Positions 33,963 to 58,895 of a stretch of 64,000 bases of DNA are shown here, one piece after another (within the stretch, counting starts at the first letter, position 1; each line of letters begins with the position of its first letter). The translations under genes and the position numbers were made by a program. The stretch is from the human T2T-CHM13v2.0 reference genome, Homo sapiens, in assembly GCF_009914755.1 (NCBI RefSeq), contig NC_060927.1; one strand, written 5' to 3'. The notes beneath the pieces are model-generated. The model was not told where the DNA came from. It saw only the letters and a list, made by a program, of their open reading frames with translations, and did not search any database.

Positions 33963-34326
33963 TAAATTTGTTTTAAGGAGGATCTTCAATACAAAACTGA
34001 CAGTGAAATTATTTGAGAACAATGAACCAGATAGGGGTCCCCTAGTTTTTTATGCTATCCTTGCATAAATTTATAAAGATGAACCATTTCCACTTTAAAC
34101 ATCTTCCCTGGAATTATCAAAATATCCTTGTGAATCCTAAGGGTCAGAGCTTGAGGTCACAGACACTGACACTTTAGGAGAACAAATGTCCCCTAGAAGT
34201 ATGTGAGGATGTATTTAGAAACAGCAGGGGAAATATGACAAAGAAATTCCTCTACTTGTTGTAAAAAGGAAAAAAATTGAAGGAACAATAATATGCTCTC
34301 AATTACAATCAATTACAATATTATAA

Positions 34327-34348
34327 CCCCTCATTCATCTCTCAACAG
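34327..34348 (+). promoter_or_regulatory. Splice acceptor of the OR coding exon
   Basis: pyrimidine-rich cccctcattcatctctcaacAG 12 nt before the ATG, the usual OR arrangement. Confidence 0.7.
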
Positions 34349-34359
34349 ACAAGGTGGAG

Positions 34360-35325
34360 ATGAATAAGGAGAATCACTCCTTGATAGCTGAGTTCATCCT
34401 CACAGGATTTACATATCATCCAAAGCTGAAGACTGTTCTGTTTGTGGTGTTCTTTGCCATCTATCTGATCACCATGGTGGGGAACATTGGTTTGGTGGCA
34501 TTGATTTATATAGAGCAACGTCTTCACACACCAATGTACATATTTTTAGGCAACCTAGTTCTGATGGATTCCTGCTGTTCCTCTGCTATTACTCCCAAGA
34601 TGTTAGAGAACTTCTTTTCTGAGGACAAAAGGATTACCCTGTATGAATGTATGGCACAATTTTATTTTCTCTGTCTTGCTGAAACTACAGACTGCTTTCT
34701 TCTGGCGGCAATGGCCTATGACTGCTATGTGGCCATATGCAACCCACTGCAGTACCACACCATGATGTCCAAGACACTCTGCATTCAGATGACTGCAGGA
34801 GCCTACCTAGCTGGCAACCTGCATCCCATGATTGAAGTAGAGTTTCTGTTGAGGTTAACTTTCTGTGGGTCTCATCAAATCAATCATTTTTTCTGTGATG
34901 TTCTTCCATTATATAGACTTTCTTGTATTAACCCTTATATCAATGAATTGGTGTTATTTATCTTGGCAGGATCAATTCAAATCTTTACTATAGTCTTAGT
35001 TTCTTATTTCTACATCCTTTTCACAATATTTACAATGAAATCCAAGGAGGGAAGAGGCAAAGCTTTATCTACTTGTGCATCTCACTTTCTCTCTGTGTCA
35101 ATATTCTGTGATTCCCTTCTCTTCATGTATGCTCGACCAGGTGCAGTTAATGAAGGGGATAAAGATATACCTGTTGCTATATTTTATACTTTAGTTATTC
35201 CTTTATTAAATCCTTTTATTTATAGCCTAAGAAATAAGGAAGTAATAAATATTATGAAAAAAATTATGAAGAAGAGAAAATTTTGTCACATTCTGAAACA
35301 AATGTCATCCCCTCTGGCAACTTGA
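34360..35325 (+). CDS. OR5K3: Olfactory receptor family 5 subfamily K member 3 (class A GPCR), 321 aa; true start is the ATG at 34360, not the GTG at 34354
   Basis: N-glycosylation site NHS; [45 protein letters not shown] motifs; N-terminus [12 protein letters not shown] and C-terminus KQMSSPLAT match my recollection of human OR5K3. Confidence 0.93.
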   Translation: MNKENHSLIAEFILTGFTYHPKLKTVLFVVFFAIYLITMVGNIGLVALIYIEQRLHTPMYIFLGNLVLMDSCCSSAITPKMLENFFSEDKRITLYECMAQFYFLCLAETTDCFLLAAMAYDCYVAICNPLQYHTMMSKTLCIQMTAGAYLAGNLHPMIEVEFLLRLTFCGSHQINHFFCDVLPLYRLSCINPYINELVLFILAGSIQIFTIVLVSYFYILFTIFTMKSKEGRGKALSTCASHFLSVSIFCDSLLFMYARPGAVNEGDKDIPVAIFYTLVIPLLNPFIYSLRNKEVINIMKKIMKKRKFCHILKQMSSPLAT

Positions 35326-35573
35326 TAATACTTTATTTTAAATCAAGGGATAGTGAGGCAGTTTACAAGGCCACTTTGAATATAAAATATTAAATTATTT
35401 AAAAATAATGATATAGGAGTTCAAAATGTTCAGAAAGGAGAAATTCCTGTAAAATATACTTCAAAATCTAAGCTACTAGTGTTCATCAAAAGTGAACTAA
35501 ATTATTCATGAAGTCTCAGATTGTGTCAGAGTGTAATTAGTTACAATTTTCAGCAAATCCAACAAATACTAGG

Positions 35574-35579
35574 AATAAA
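35574..35579 (+). terminator. Candidate polyadenylation signal AATAAA
   Basis: first canonical hexamer I see ~250 nt after the stop; usage not demonstrated. Confidence 0.3.
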
Positions 35580-35936
35580 TGTCAGTACATATAACGGTAG
35601 TGTGCATTTACTATTGTTGGCAAATTTCTGGAATCTTAAAGCATAATTTTACGAACTCAGGCACATTCCAAGTTCTCAAACATTAGTCCCTTTTTAACCA
35701 GAATCATCTGTGAGAAGTAAATTGTCTGTCTGAATTTGATTCTAACTTTTTTTGAGTTCTTTCAAGAGATTGCTTGAAAAATTATTCATGCAGAATATGT
35801 ATTCTCTAATCAATAATATTTTCATATTTAGTGTTAGTCATTAGTCATTTTACATTCTCAAGTTCTATGAAACAGAGTACCTGTATTGATTGCTTTTCCC
35901 TTTCTATAATGCCATAATTTTAAAAATGTATTTCTG

Positions 35937-36280
<344 letters not shown>

Positions 36281-36319
36281 TTAGTAACACTGAATCCCAG
36301 ACATCTATTCAGGGAAGAG

Positions 36320-36672
36320 TTTGTGACTTATATGGAGCCAGTGAGACAGAAAAGGTGATTTTTTCCTGAAAAATGAGTTTTCTTATTTTAAAAGAGATCC
36401 ACAAAAAATAGTCTTTCTCTCTCTGAGTGTTACGGTATGCGGATATGAAACCCAGCAGAGCCAATTCCCTTTCACCATCAAGAGGAAAACCAGCCTGGAG
36501 TTGTAGTCAATACTCAAATGAGGGCATAGCTGAAGAAATCACACAGAAATAGACCCAAAATCTCTGGAGTAAACCATCTCTTCTGACTGTATAATCCAAT
36601 AGACCTTCTTATCTTTTAAGCTTATTTGGCAGAGATGTTTTATTCATGACTGAATAAATACTAACGGATACA
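36320..36672 (+). mobile_element. MLT1-type (MaLR) LTR fragment
   Basis: ends tttaagcttatttgg...ctgaataaatactaacggataca, an MLT1 3' terminus. Confidence 0.6.
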
Positions 36673-36844
36673 TTCCTGCTTCTTGACTATCACTCGTATT
36701 TGTCTCTTTATATTCTATTTTAAATTAATCCTCAGGTGATCTTTTAGTTTTCAAATAACTTTTCAGTGGTATCCATTTTACTGTACAGCAAATTAATTAG
36801 GTTTTTTACTCTTATTACTATTTTAATTTCTAATAACCTTACTT

Positions 36845-36965
36845 TAAAAAAAATGAGGGACAGAGAAATTTCTTGTCTACAGAAATACAGTGGTAGAGCT
36901 CAGGAACCAAACCCAGGCTATCTGGCTCCAGAATCCATGGTCTTAACCACTAAGTCATACTGTAC
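36845..36965 (-). mobile_element. MIR
   Basis: aaacccaggctatctggctccagaatccatggtcttaaccac is the MIR core in antisense. Confidence 0.8.
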
Positions 36966-37653
36966 ATAGCACAAACTAAAAGCAGGAGAGGAAACATTTT
37001 AACAATCTCAGCTGTGAAGTGGGCAGAGAAATAGGGCAGAGATTCAAAAGAGATATGGATCAAAGACATTTACCTCCAAATTTATTTTGAAAAATTTCAA
37101 ACCTACAGAAAAGTTGAAAAAAGTATATGATTAACATTCATATACTTCTTTTAGCCAATTAAGCAATCAAACAATTGTTAACAATTATTGAACAATTATT
37201 AACATTTTACAATACTTGCCTATCACCAAATGTGTATATAGGTATATAATACCTATATACATACTTATAATATATATATACATTAATGCAGTACAAATGT
37301 ACATATATATTACATGTCCATATGGATATTATACAAATGACACATATACACATAAATATATACTTACAATACATGTATACATACAGTTAATACCTATATA
37401 CATAGATACATTTTTTAATAATCAAAACATCTAAATAGGGCACTGGCTTGTTATTAGCAGTTCCACCAACCTGAACTACTTTAATTGTAAATTACTGATG
37501 GGCTCACAGCAATAACAGAACATTAAGATGCTGTTAGGCATAAATGATGCAGAAAATAGGGATTCCAAGCATCTAAACAATATTTATTTATTAAATACAC
37601 AAATATGAAAAAAATTTACTGAGAAATTGCTATCTTGCTATGCACTAAGCTAG

Positions 37654-38225
37654 TGTCAAAGAAAACCAGAGCAGGACAAAAGTTAAAGTGCTAAATACAA
37701 AGTTGATTCAGGACTATTGCCATAGGGGCAGAAAAACCCCAGTGTAGAGCTTCATTTCAAATGCAGCAGGGAAAAGGGAGGTCTTGTAGCCAAAGAAGCA
37801 GGGGGTGGCCAGCGAATGAAAAATTATTAAGAAGAGACATCAAATCTAGGGGGAATTCTGGTTGAACCAATCGAAAAGGATTTATTTATTCTTTTATTTA
37901 TTTATATTTGAGATAAATAAATCACATTGTCACCCATGCTGGAGTGCAGTGGTATGATCATAGCCCACTGAATCCATAGCACCTGAATCCTAACAGGATT
38001 TTTGCTGAAGGCAAGCCAGAGTATTCAGATACCAAGAATGGGAAGGGAAGAATTTTGATCAGATATAGAAGGTCATCAGGTATTGAGGATGGGAGGATTC
38101 TTGCTAGATTGTCTTTCTGCATTATTTACTAGAACTAGATTTTACAAGAAAGTACACAAGTCAGCCAAAGAGAAGGTTCAGAAGCCTGACCGTAGTTTGT
38201 TCAAGGGAAAAAGAGGCATTCTTCC
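37654..38225 (-). mobile_element. MER31-type ERV1 solo LTR containing a short FLAM/AluJ fragment (~37880-37990, minus)
   Basis: agaaggttcagaagcctgaccgtagtttgttcaagg resembles the MER31 5' end in antisense; gctggagtgcagtggtatgatcatagcccactg is Alu-derived. Confidence 0.65.
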
Positions 38226-40442
38226 CTTAAGTTTATTTCTCCTCCAGTTTGCTCATTTATGACTAGCAAAACCATCTGCTTGTACCTGGTGCAGGTTGCT
38301 AATTGTATTGTGAGATCAATGAGACATTTAATGAGAGGGATACCCATAAAGAAAAACAGAATGATAAATATTAGAGGCTGCTCTGCTGGGTTTTTTTTCT
38401 TCCAAGAAGGAAGCTTAGAAGCAGTGTTAGCACACCTCTCCCACTTGAAAGGACAGAATAGCATGTAGAGATTTATGCTGTGAACTTTTTTCAAGAAGCA
38501 ACACAGGAACTTAACAAGAAAACTGAAAGAAGCACAGGCTGTTTGAAAGAAGTGGCAGGCTACAGCCTACACTGTGAAACAGCCAAAAAACTCTAAGTCC
38601 CCAAAGTGTGAGAAGGGGACAGACTGCATCCAGGATACACATCCCCATCAGGGAACGTGAAATCCAGGCCATGGGGGAAGGCCTTTACCCTACCCAGAGC
38701 TGGGACTGATTTAGGGAATAGTGAGAAATATAAAAGTAGAGGCAGTAGTGGAAAGCACCTTGCAGGCATTCCCAATCTCTAGCATGGACTGAGGGAAACC
38801 ATTCATTCCTTATTATACCTCACAGGGACTCAGGGAAGTCAGCCAAGTAGCTCAGACAGTGGTCACAGTTTGAAAGAAGCCTCCAGTTGAATTTTGGGAT
38901 ATAATATTGAGTGGGAGCAAACTCCCTTGGCCAGAACCCAGGGGCAAGTGGGAAGTACACTGCAGCCATGAGTGCAGGAGCCAGGCTGCCAAGGCTGCCT
39001 GGAGCTTAGCTCAGTGCTGCTAGCAGAACACTTCAGGAGTGAGAACAACTTTGCCAACTGTGTGGGATCTGGGTGAGGCTTACTGCCACCTGCTACTCTT
39101 TACTCCCTGTGCAAACTCTCTTCTGTGCAACAGAGGCAGTTACACTCCCCTCTGGAGCATTACCCCAGCAGCCTGATAAATGCCCTCTGACCCTCAGAGA
39201 AGCTGCAGCTTGCCACTCATGTGGAGAGTCAGAGCACAGCCCCAACCTGGCTGTGCCCCTCCACCCTCCCTGGTAGTGTAACACAAATGACAGAAACATT
39301 TAGGAGCTTTATGGCCCTGCCCATCACCTGAGAAACCAGAATATCTCCTCTGGGCAAAGCAGGGAAAGCTCAAATCCTGCTACTATTACAGGAGCAGGTA
39401 CTCTTTGGCAAGTGCTACCTCCTGGCTGGAGGCCAGCCAACACAGTCCACTACAGCATCTCTAGATAGAATAAGAGTGTGCCCAGAAATAAGAAAACTGG
39501 TATCTGACCTCAGCTACCACCACTGCCTGCAACACACTGGCTAACCAGGAGGTCTGAGTCTGTCCACATGCCGAGTTCACTACCATCATAATCAACATTC
39601 AAGAAAAACAACACACTAAGGCTATCTATAATCAAGGATTCTCACAAAGTCTACATCACTCCCCTGCCACTCCCATCACAGCCAGTACTGGTACCAACTG
39701 CTGTGGTTTTGAGGAAAGGTAACATCACTAGAACCCTCACAGACTTTCCCCAGCACCAGCCTGGAGTATAGCAGCCCCACCGGGTGGTTAGACCCAGAAG
39801 AACAATCACTATAGTCTGGCTCTCAGGAACTCATACTCCTAGAGTATGGGAGAGAGCACCTCATCAATGGAACACCCCATGGGACAAAACAATCCAGTTC
39901 TTCTGGGTGAATATCTGTCTCAAAATGCAACCATGTCAACATTTCCCTGGTCAGCTATTTTTTTTCTGTAATTCCATATATGTTCAACTAGTATGAAATC
40001 TGTGCATATTGGAACCACGCAATGCCAAGACTGCCTACACTTACTTTTGAACTGATTGTCTAGGTTCCTAATAAAGAAGTCTCTACCTACCATGAAGGAC
40101 CCTGAAGCAAAGAAGACAAAATTCTCAACAGAATCAGGAGCATCTCTATAAAAATTCTATTGTTTCCTTAACTTGAGTTATTAAAATACCTGGGACAAAA
40201 GAATCTGGATGGCAAGCCTTAAATCCCAGATTTTTCCACTGGTGGGAAGTTTCTTTCAGCAGAGACACAATTGCAGTGCTGGGCTCAGGAGGGAAATTTT
40301 GCAGCTCTACTTTAACAGTCAGGCAGCCTTGGTGCTCATGAAAGATCTTACAGAAGGGGAATTCTTTCCTTCCTTGTCCGCCACTGCAGACACAGCTGGG
40401 GCTTCTCCCATGGGAGCTCAGCATGGGTGCACCTATAGAGAG

Positions 40443-40892
40443 TGTCAGGCCTCTGAGCCCAAGCCAAGCCATCGCATCCCCTGTGACTTGCACGTATACG
40501 CCCAGATGGCCTGAAGTAACTGAAGAATCACAAAAGAAGTGAATATGCCCTGCCCCACCTTAACTGATGACATTCCACCACAAAAGAAGTGTAAATGGCC
40601 GGTCCTTGCCTTAAGTGATGACATTACCTTGTGAAAGTCCTTTTCCTGGCTCATCCTGGCTCAAAAAGCACCCCCACTGAGCACCTTGCAACCCCCACTC
40701 CTGCCCGCCAGAGAACAAACCCCCTTTGACTGTAATTTTCCTTTACCTACCCAAATCCTATAAAATGGCCCCACCCTTATCTCCCTTTGCTGACTCTCTT
40801 TTCGGACTCAGCCCGCCTGCACCCAGGTGAAATAAACAGCCATGTTGCTCACACAAAGCCTGTTTGGTCTCTTCACATGGACGCGCATGAAA
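40443..40892 (+). mobile_element. HERV-H solo LTR (LTR7), 450 bp
   Basis: tgtcaggcctctgagcccaagc...cacatggacgcgcatgaaa; TATA cctataaaa ~40757; AATAAA ~40831; perfect 5-bp TSD gagag (40438-40442, 40893-40897). Confidence 0.97.
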
Positions 40893-43138
40893 GAGAGTCT
40901 TCCTGGAACACTTCAGAGTACTGCATTCCCACAGAAGGAGCACTCCCAAGATTCAGGTTTGCATGAGAGGCAGAGTCACAATTTCTCTCTATTTGGAATA
41001 TCAGCATCCTTACAGATGAAAAGAGGTGCCTCTCTTGGGACACGAGTGAGTCTTGGAGGTGGATAGCTTTACTGCTGGCCTGGTGGAAGAACTGAATTGG
41101 CTCCCATCCTTCTCCCTGATAAGACCTCAGTGTGCCTAATTGAGAGCTCCTCCAGCCACCTTCATCAAGGCTAGGACCTTTGCACACCATTGGGTATTGC
41201 ATTTATCCATATGCTTTAGCTACAACCTGTTCCTACCCAGGGACACCTCCCCTACTGGCCTGAAGCCTGAACCATCAACTCAGTAAATAAAATACTGGAG
41301 GTAAATTAAATAAATTAAAAAGTACATACCATGGGGGAATGAGATAAACTTCAACAGACCTCTGCCATTCCAATTCTATAGGAGATAGTGAACTTGCCCA
41401 CACACTGAGTACATTGCTACTACAACAAATATCTGAGGAAGCCGTCATACAAAGACTATAATCAAGGAACTCAAACAGAGTCTTCCTCAAACAGAGTCTT
41501 CACCCCTAAAAGCACCATCAAGAACAAAATTAGGGTAAAAAGAAAACTATAAACATTAAAGTCGCATCCTTAAGGGAGAAAAAATGAAATTTTAGAAAAA
41601 GTCAAATCAAAAATAAATTCAAGAACACTTAGAAGAAATAGTCTACCCAAATAAGAAAGAACGAGAGGAGTAATTCTGGTAATAAATATAACAAAACAAG
41701 GTTCTATAACATTCTGAAAAGATTCCCCCAGTAATGAATCCAAACCAAAATGAAATTGTTGAAATACCAGATAAAGAATTCAGAAGGTCAATTATTAAGC
41801 TACTCAAGGAGATACTACAGAAAGGTGAAGACCAACATAAAGAAAATTTTAAAAAATTCAGGATACAAATTAAAAAATTCTAGACAAATAGGTATCATAA
41901 AGAAAAACCAATCAGAAGTTCCAAAAATGAAAAACTCATTTAGGGAATTACAAAATGCAGTGGAAAGTTTCAACTATAGACTAGAACAAGTAGAAGAAAG
42001 AATCTCAAAACTGAAAGGCAAAGATTTTTAATTAACCCAATCAGACAAATATAAGGAAAAATGAAACAAAAGAAATTAACAAAGTCTCAAAGAAATATGA
42101 GATTATGTAAAACAGCTAACCCTAACAATAAACGGTGTCCCTGAGGGAAAAGAGAACGCTTAAAATTTAGAAAACTTACTTGAGGGAATCATTGAGGAAA
42201 ACTTCCCTGGCCTTGCTGGAGGTTTAGAAATCCAAATACAACAAACTCAAAGAACTCCTGGGAAATTTATTGCAAAAAGATTATCACCAAGGCACATAGT
42301 CATTGTGCTATCTAAAGTCAACATGAAGGAAAGTATACTAAGAGCTGGGAGAAAAAAGCATCAGGTAACTTATAGAGGAAAATCTATCAGACTAACAGCA
42401 GACTTCTCAGCAGAAACCATTAAAGCTAAAAGGTATTGGGGTTCTATCTTTAGTCTCCTTAAACAGAATAACTGTCAGTCAAGAATTTTTGAATCCAGCA
42501 AAATAAGTTACTTTCATAAATGAAAGAAAAAGTTATTTTTCAAACAAATGCTGAGGTAATTTGCTATTACCAAACCAGCACTACAATAAATGCTAAAAGG
42601 AGTTTTAAATCTTGAAACAAAACCTTGATATGCACCAAAATAGAACCTCTTGAAAGCATAAAACTCAGAAAAAAAAGTATGTAGGTAACAATGAACATGA
42701 TGAATAGATCAGTACCTAACATCTCAATATTAACATTAAATGTAAATGGCCTAAAAGCTCCACTTAAAAGATACAGAATGGCAGAATGTATACAAAATCA
42801 CAAACCAAATATCTGCTGTCTTCAAGAGGCTCACCTAACACATAAGGATTCATATAAACTCAAGGTAAAGGGGTGGAAAAAGATATTCCATGCAAATAAA
42901 AACCAAAAGAGAGTGTAATGGTAAAAGGGTCAATCCAACAAGAAGATATTACAATCAATATCAAATTACAAATTTACATGCACCTAACACTGGAGCTCCC
43001 AGATGTATAAAACAATTGCTACTAGACCTAAGACATGAGATTGGCAGCAACAAAATAATAGTGTGGGACTTTACTATTCCACTGACAGCACTAGACATAT
43101 TATTGAGATAGAAAGTCAACAAAGAAATAATGGATTTA

Positions 43139-43432
43139 GTCTGGGCATGGTGGCTCACACCTGTAATCCCAGCACTTTCGGAGGCTGACAGGGGCAGATC
43201 ACCTGAGGTCAGGAGTTGGAGATCAGCCTGGGCAACATGGTGAAACTCTGTCTCTACTAATAATACAAAAATTCACTGGACATGGTAGTGGGTACCTGTA
43301 ATCCCAGCTATTCGGGAGACTGAGCAGGAGAATCACTTGAACCTGAAAGGTAGAGGTTGTAGTGAGCAGAGATCGTGCCACTGCACTCCAACCTGGGAGA
43401 CAGAGTGAGACTCCATCTCGAAAAAAAAGAAA
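43139..43432 (+). mobile_element. Alu (AluSx-like) inside the L1PB
   Basis: Alu body; TSD aaagaaa(t/c)aatgga(t/c)tt. Confidence 0.95.
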
Positions 43433-44497
43433 AAAGAAACAATGGACTTCAACTACACTCTAGAAGAGGTGGGCTTAACAGATATTTACAGAACATTCTA
43501 CCCAACAACTGCAGAGTATATATTCTTCTCATAAGCACATGGAACATTCTCCAAAAGAGATCATACAATAGGCACAAAACAAGTCTAATACATATAAGAG
43601 AATTGAAATTATATTAAGTATCTTCTCAGATTACAGGGAAATAAAACTAGAAACCAACTCCAAAAGGAATAGTCAAAACTGTACAAATATTTGGAAACTA
43701 AATAATTTTCTCCTGAATGATTTTTGGATCAACAATAAAATCAAGATGGAAATTTTAGATTATTCAAACGAAATAATAATAGTGAAAAAGTTATCAAAAT
43801 CTCTGGGATACAGCAAAAGCAGTGCTAAGAGGAAAGTTCATAGCATTAAATGCCTACCTCAAAAAAGTCTTGAAGAGCATAAATTGACAACCTAATGTCA
43901 CATCTTAAGGAAGTAAATACAAAGTAAACCCAAAGGCAACAGAAGAAACTAACAAAGTTCAGAGCAGAACAAGATGAAATTGAAACCAAAAAGTATAAAA
44001 GATAAATGAAACAAAAAACTGATTCTTTAAAAAGGCAACAAAAATTTATAGATAGACAATTTGCCAGATTAACCAAGAAGAGAGAAGATCCAAATAAACT
44101 CAGTTAGAAATGAAACTAGAAACATTGCAACCAGTACCACAGAAATATGAAAGATCATTTAAGCCTACTATGAATGCCTTTATGTGCACAAACTAGAAAA
44201 TCTAGAGGAAATGAATAAATTCCTGGAAACATACAACCTTCTTAATTGAATTAGGAAGAAATAGAAACCCTGAACAGATCAACAACAAGCAGCAAGATTG
44301 ACTCAGTACCAAAAAAAAATGCTAATAAAAAAAATTCAAGAACTGGATGGATTCACAGCTGAATTCTACCAACCAATCAAAGAATGGTTGGTACCAATCC
44401 TACTGAAACTACTCCAAAAGATTGAGAAAGAGGGAATCCTCCCTAAATCATTCTATGAAGCCAGTATTACCCTAATACCCAAAGCAGAAAAGGACAT

Positions 44498-44523
44498 AAC
44501 AACAACAACAACAACAACAACAA
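44498..44523. repeat. (AAC)n microsatellite inside L1PB ORF2
   Basis: seen directly; gives the poly-Thr in ORF 44298-44624. Confidence 0.9.
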
Positions 44524-44804
44524 AACTACAGACCAATATCCCAGATGAAGATAGATGCAAAAATCCTCAACAAAATACTAAATATCTGAATCCAACAGCA
44601 CAGCAAAAAGATAATACCTCATGATCACACGGGCTTCATCCTGGGGTGAAGAGATGGTTTAACATACAGAAGTCAATAAATGTGATACATCACGTAAACA
44701 CAATTAAAAACAAAAGTCATGTGATCATCTCAATAGATGCAGAAATAGCATTCTATCAGATCCAGCATCACTTTATGATAAAAACCCTCAATAAAGTAGT
44801 TATA

Positions 44805-44886
44805 TCAGGTTGCTGCAAAAGGTAATTGCTGTTTTGCCATTAAAAGTAATAGCAAAAAAACACAATTTACTTTTGAACCAACCTAG
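44805..44886. mobile_element. MADE1 (Hsmar1 mariner MITE)
   Basis: ~82-bp palindromic tcaggttgctgcaaaaggtaattg...caatttacttttgaaccaacctag flanked by TA dinucleotides. Confidence 0.9.
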
Positions 44887-45644
44887 TAGAAGGGACTTAC
44901 CTCAAAATTGGTGAGCCATTGATTTGAGAGCAGCTGTGATGTTGTCCATGGCCATGATGAATTGTATAAGTAATGACTAAATGATTCTATTTTGTTGAGT
45001 CTAACTTTTTCAGCCAGGTGGTAGATTCCTAGGAATGGTACCCAAAGGTGGCAAACCTTTCTGAAAATGTAATGAGATCATGAAAGGAACTTGTTCTATA
45101 GCTGTTTTTCCTAAATTATCTCCTTAGGAACTGAGATCAGCTACAAAAATACCTCTGAGTTTCTGAAAACCTTATTTTTCCAATAGTGAGAATTAGGTAA
45201 ACTGGAGAAGGTGGGTGATAGTTCAATAAAAGAAGAAAATTGTAGAAAATCAAGCAACATAAAGGGATTAGTAAAATTGGTAAGAAAAGAAGATCTGGTT
45301 CAGTAGGTCAGTAAAAGACAAGCATAGGTTCCACAGACAAAATAAGAAACATCAGGAGCTAACAAATGTTCATAAAAATAATTATCTGATATCTTAAGGT
45401 GACAATAGGATGCAAATTTTGAGGGTGTAGAAAGGGCTTATTGGATGTGGTCTACATGCAGCTGGCTTGGGTCAGGGAAATTAGGCTGGGAGGGGGAATG
45501 AGAACATTTCCATTTACATTATGGATATCCTGGGAATCTATAGTGGCTTCGAGGCTTTATATTGGACTTAGTGACAACTAGATAAATGTAGAGACAAATA
45601 CTCATTGCCAAAATGAGGACTGCATTATTGGACCACAGCAGCTC

Positions 45645-57608
<11,964 letters not shown>

Positions 57609-57857
57609 AGAAAGTAGAGGGAATCAAAGCAGTCAGCCCAGCTGAGCTCCACTTGGAGCCAGGGAGAATTCCCCATTGTGGAGAAAAGATAAATGAGAGA
57701 TCCCCAGCAGTCCACATTCCCACTGTAGACTCCTGAAATGATATCTTTTTTCAAGATGCATGTGAAATGTTACCCATCCCATGAAGCTTTTCCTGATTAT
57801 GTGGAAGAATATAGGAACGTTCACTCATTTGAAACAATTCGTAGTTTATTTATGCTT

Positions 57858-58281
57858 CTTTTTTTAAATGTTCAACTTTTATTTTAAGTTTAGGGGTACA
57901 TGTGCAGGATGTGCAGGTTTGTTACATAGGTAAACATGTGTCATTGTGGTTTGCTGCCCAGATTATCCCCATCATCCAGTTATTAAGCCTAGCATCCACT
58001 AGCTATTCTTCCTGATCCTCTCCCTCCTCCTACCTCCCACCCTCTGACAGGCCCCAGTGTGCGTGTTTTTCCCCCATGTGTCCATGTGTTCTCATCCTTT
58101 AGCTCCCTCTTGTAAGTGAGAACATGTGGTATTTGGTGTTCTGTTCCTGCATTAGCCTGCTAAGGTTAATGGCCTCCAGCTCCACCCATGTTCCTGCAAA
58201 GAACAAGATCTCATTCCGGGGCTGTATAGTATTCCATAGTATACATGTACCACATTTTGTTTATTCAGTCTATCATTGATG
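57858..58281 (-). mobile_element. L1PA13-16-type 3' end in inverted orientation (apparently the displaced tail of the 45645-57608 element)
   Basis: ggggtacatgtgcaggatgtgcaggtttgttacataggtaaac; ends at cagtctatcattgatg. Confidence 0.85.
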
Positions 58282-58895
58282 ATACGACTCCTCAGCCCTC
58301 ATGGGCTCTGAGACCAGTATTAGTAGCTGCCTGGAGTCCATGGCAGTCCAATAATACTATCAAGTACTGTTTCAGACAGTGCATTCATGACAGATTTCAC
58401 ACAACCTTCAAAACCAAGCAGCTGTAGTAAAACACCACCCCCAGCAGCAGAGCTGCCTTGCACCTCCACGCACCTTTAGGAGGCCTGAGTATGGGCCTCT
58501 CTGCATATCATCTAGGTGCCTGAGGACAGGTCCACCTCAGCCACTGCCATTAATGTCATCATGTTCCATCTGGGGTCCTGACAGACCTGCCCAGCTTGCC
58601 ACTGCTGCTGCCACCTACACATGTTGTCTGAGGGTCTGGGAATTGTTCCACCCTAACCACCATTAGAGATACCTGCCAGCACCTTCTAAATACCTCTGTG
58701 CAATGTTTTCACTACAAATAAACATCATTTTATAGAGGTAAACAATAAAAAAGAAAAAGGAACAGAGAATATACAAAATAATCAGAAAACAATGAACAAA
58801 ATTGACAGAAGTAAGATCTCCTCTATCATCAAAAACCTTGAATGTGAACAATTTATATTCCCAAATTAAAAGATATAGTCTGGCCAAATGGATGG

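Larger units (their letters stand above)
38400..44908 (+). mobile_element. L1PB-type element: 5'UTR, ORF1 and ORF2 up to the RT domain; 3' part missing; several nested insertions
   Basis: ORF fragments 42305-42523 (YRGKSIRLTADFSAET), 42691-42918 (ISILTLNVNGL...CCLQEAHL), 44298-44624. Confidence 0.9.

Noticed and set aside
34354-34359. GTG start giving a 323-aa OR
   Set aside because: The ORF-finder's alternative start; the in-frame ATG at 34360 fits OR N-terminal length and eukaryotic initiation.
44805-44886. Long hairpin as a novel miRNA
   Set aside because: Explained by MADE1 terminal inverted repeats; miR-548-type processing is possible, but nothing in the sequence supports it.
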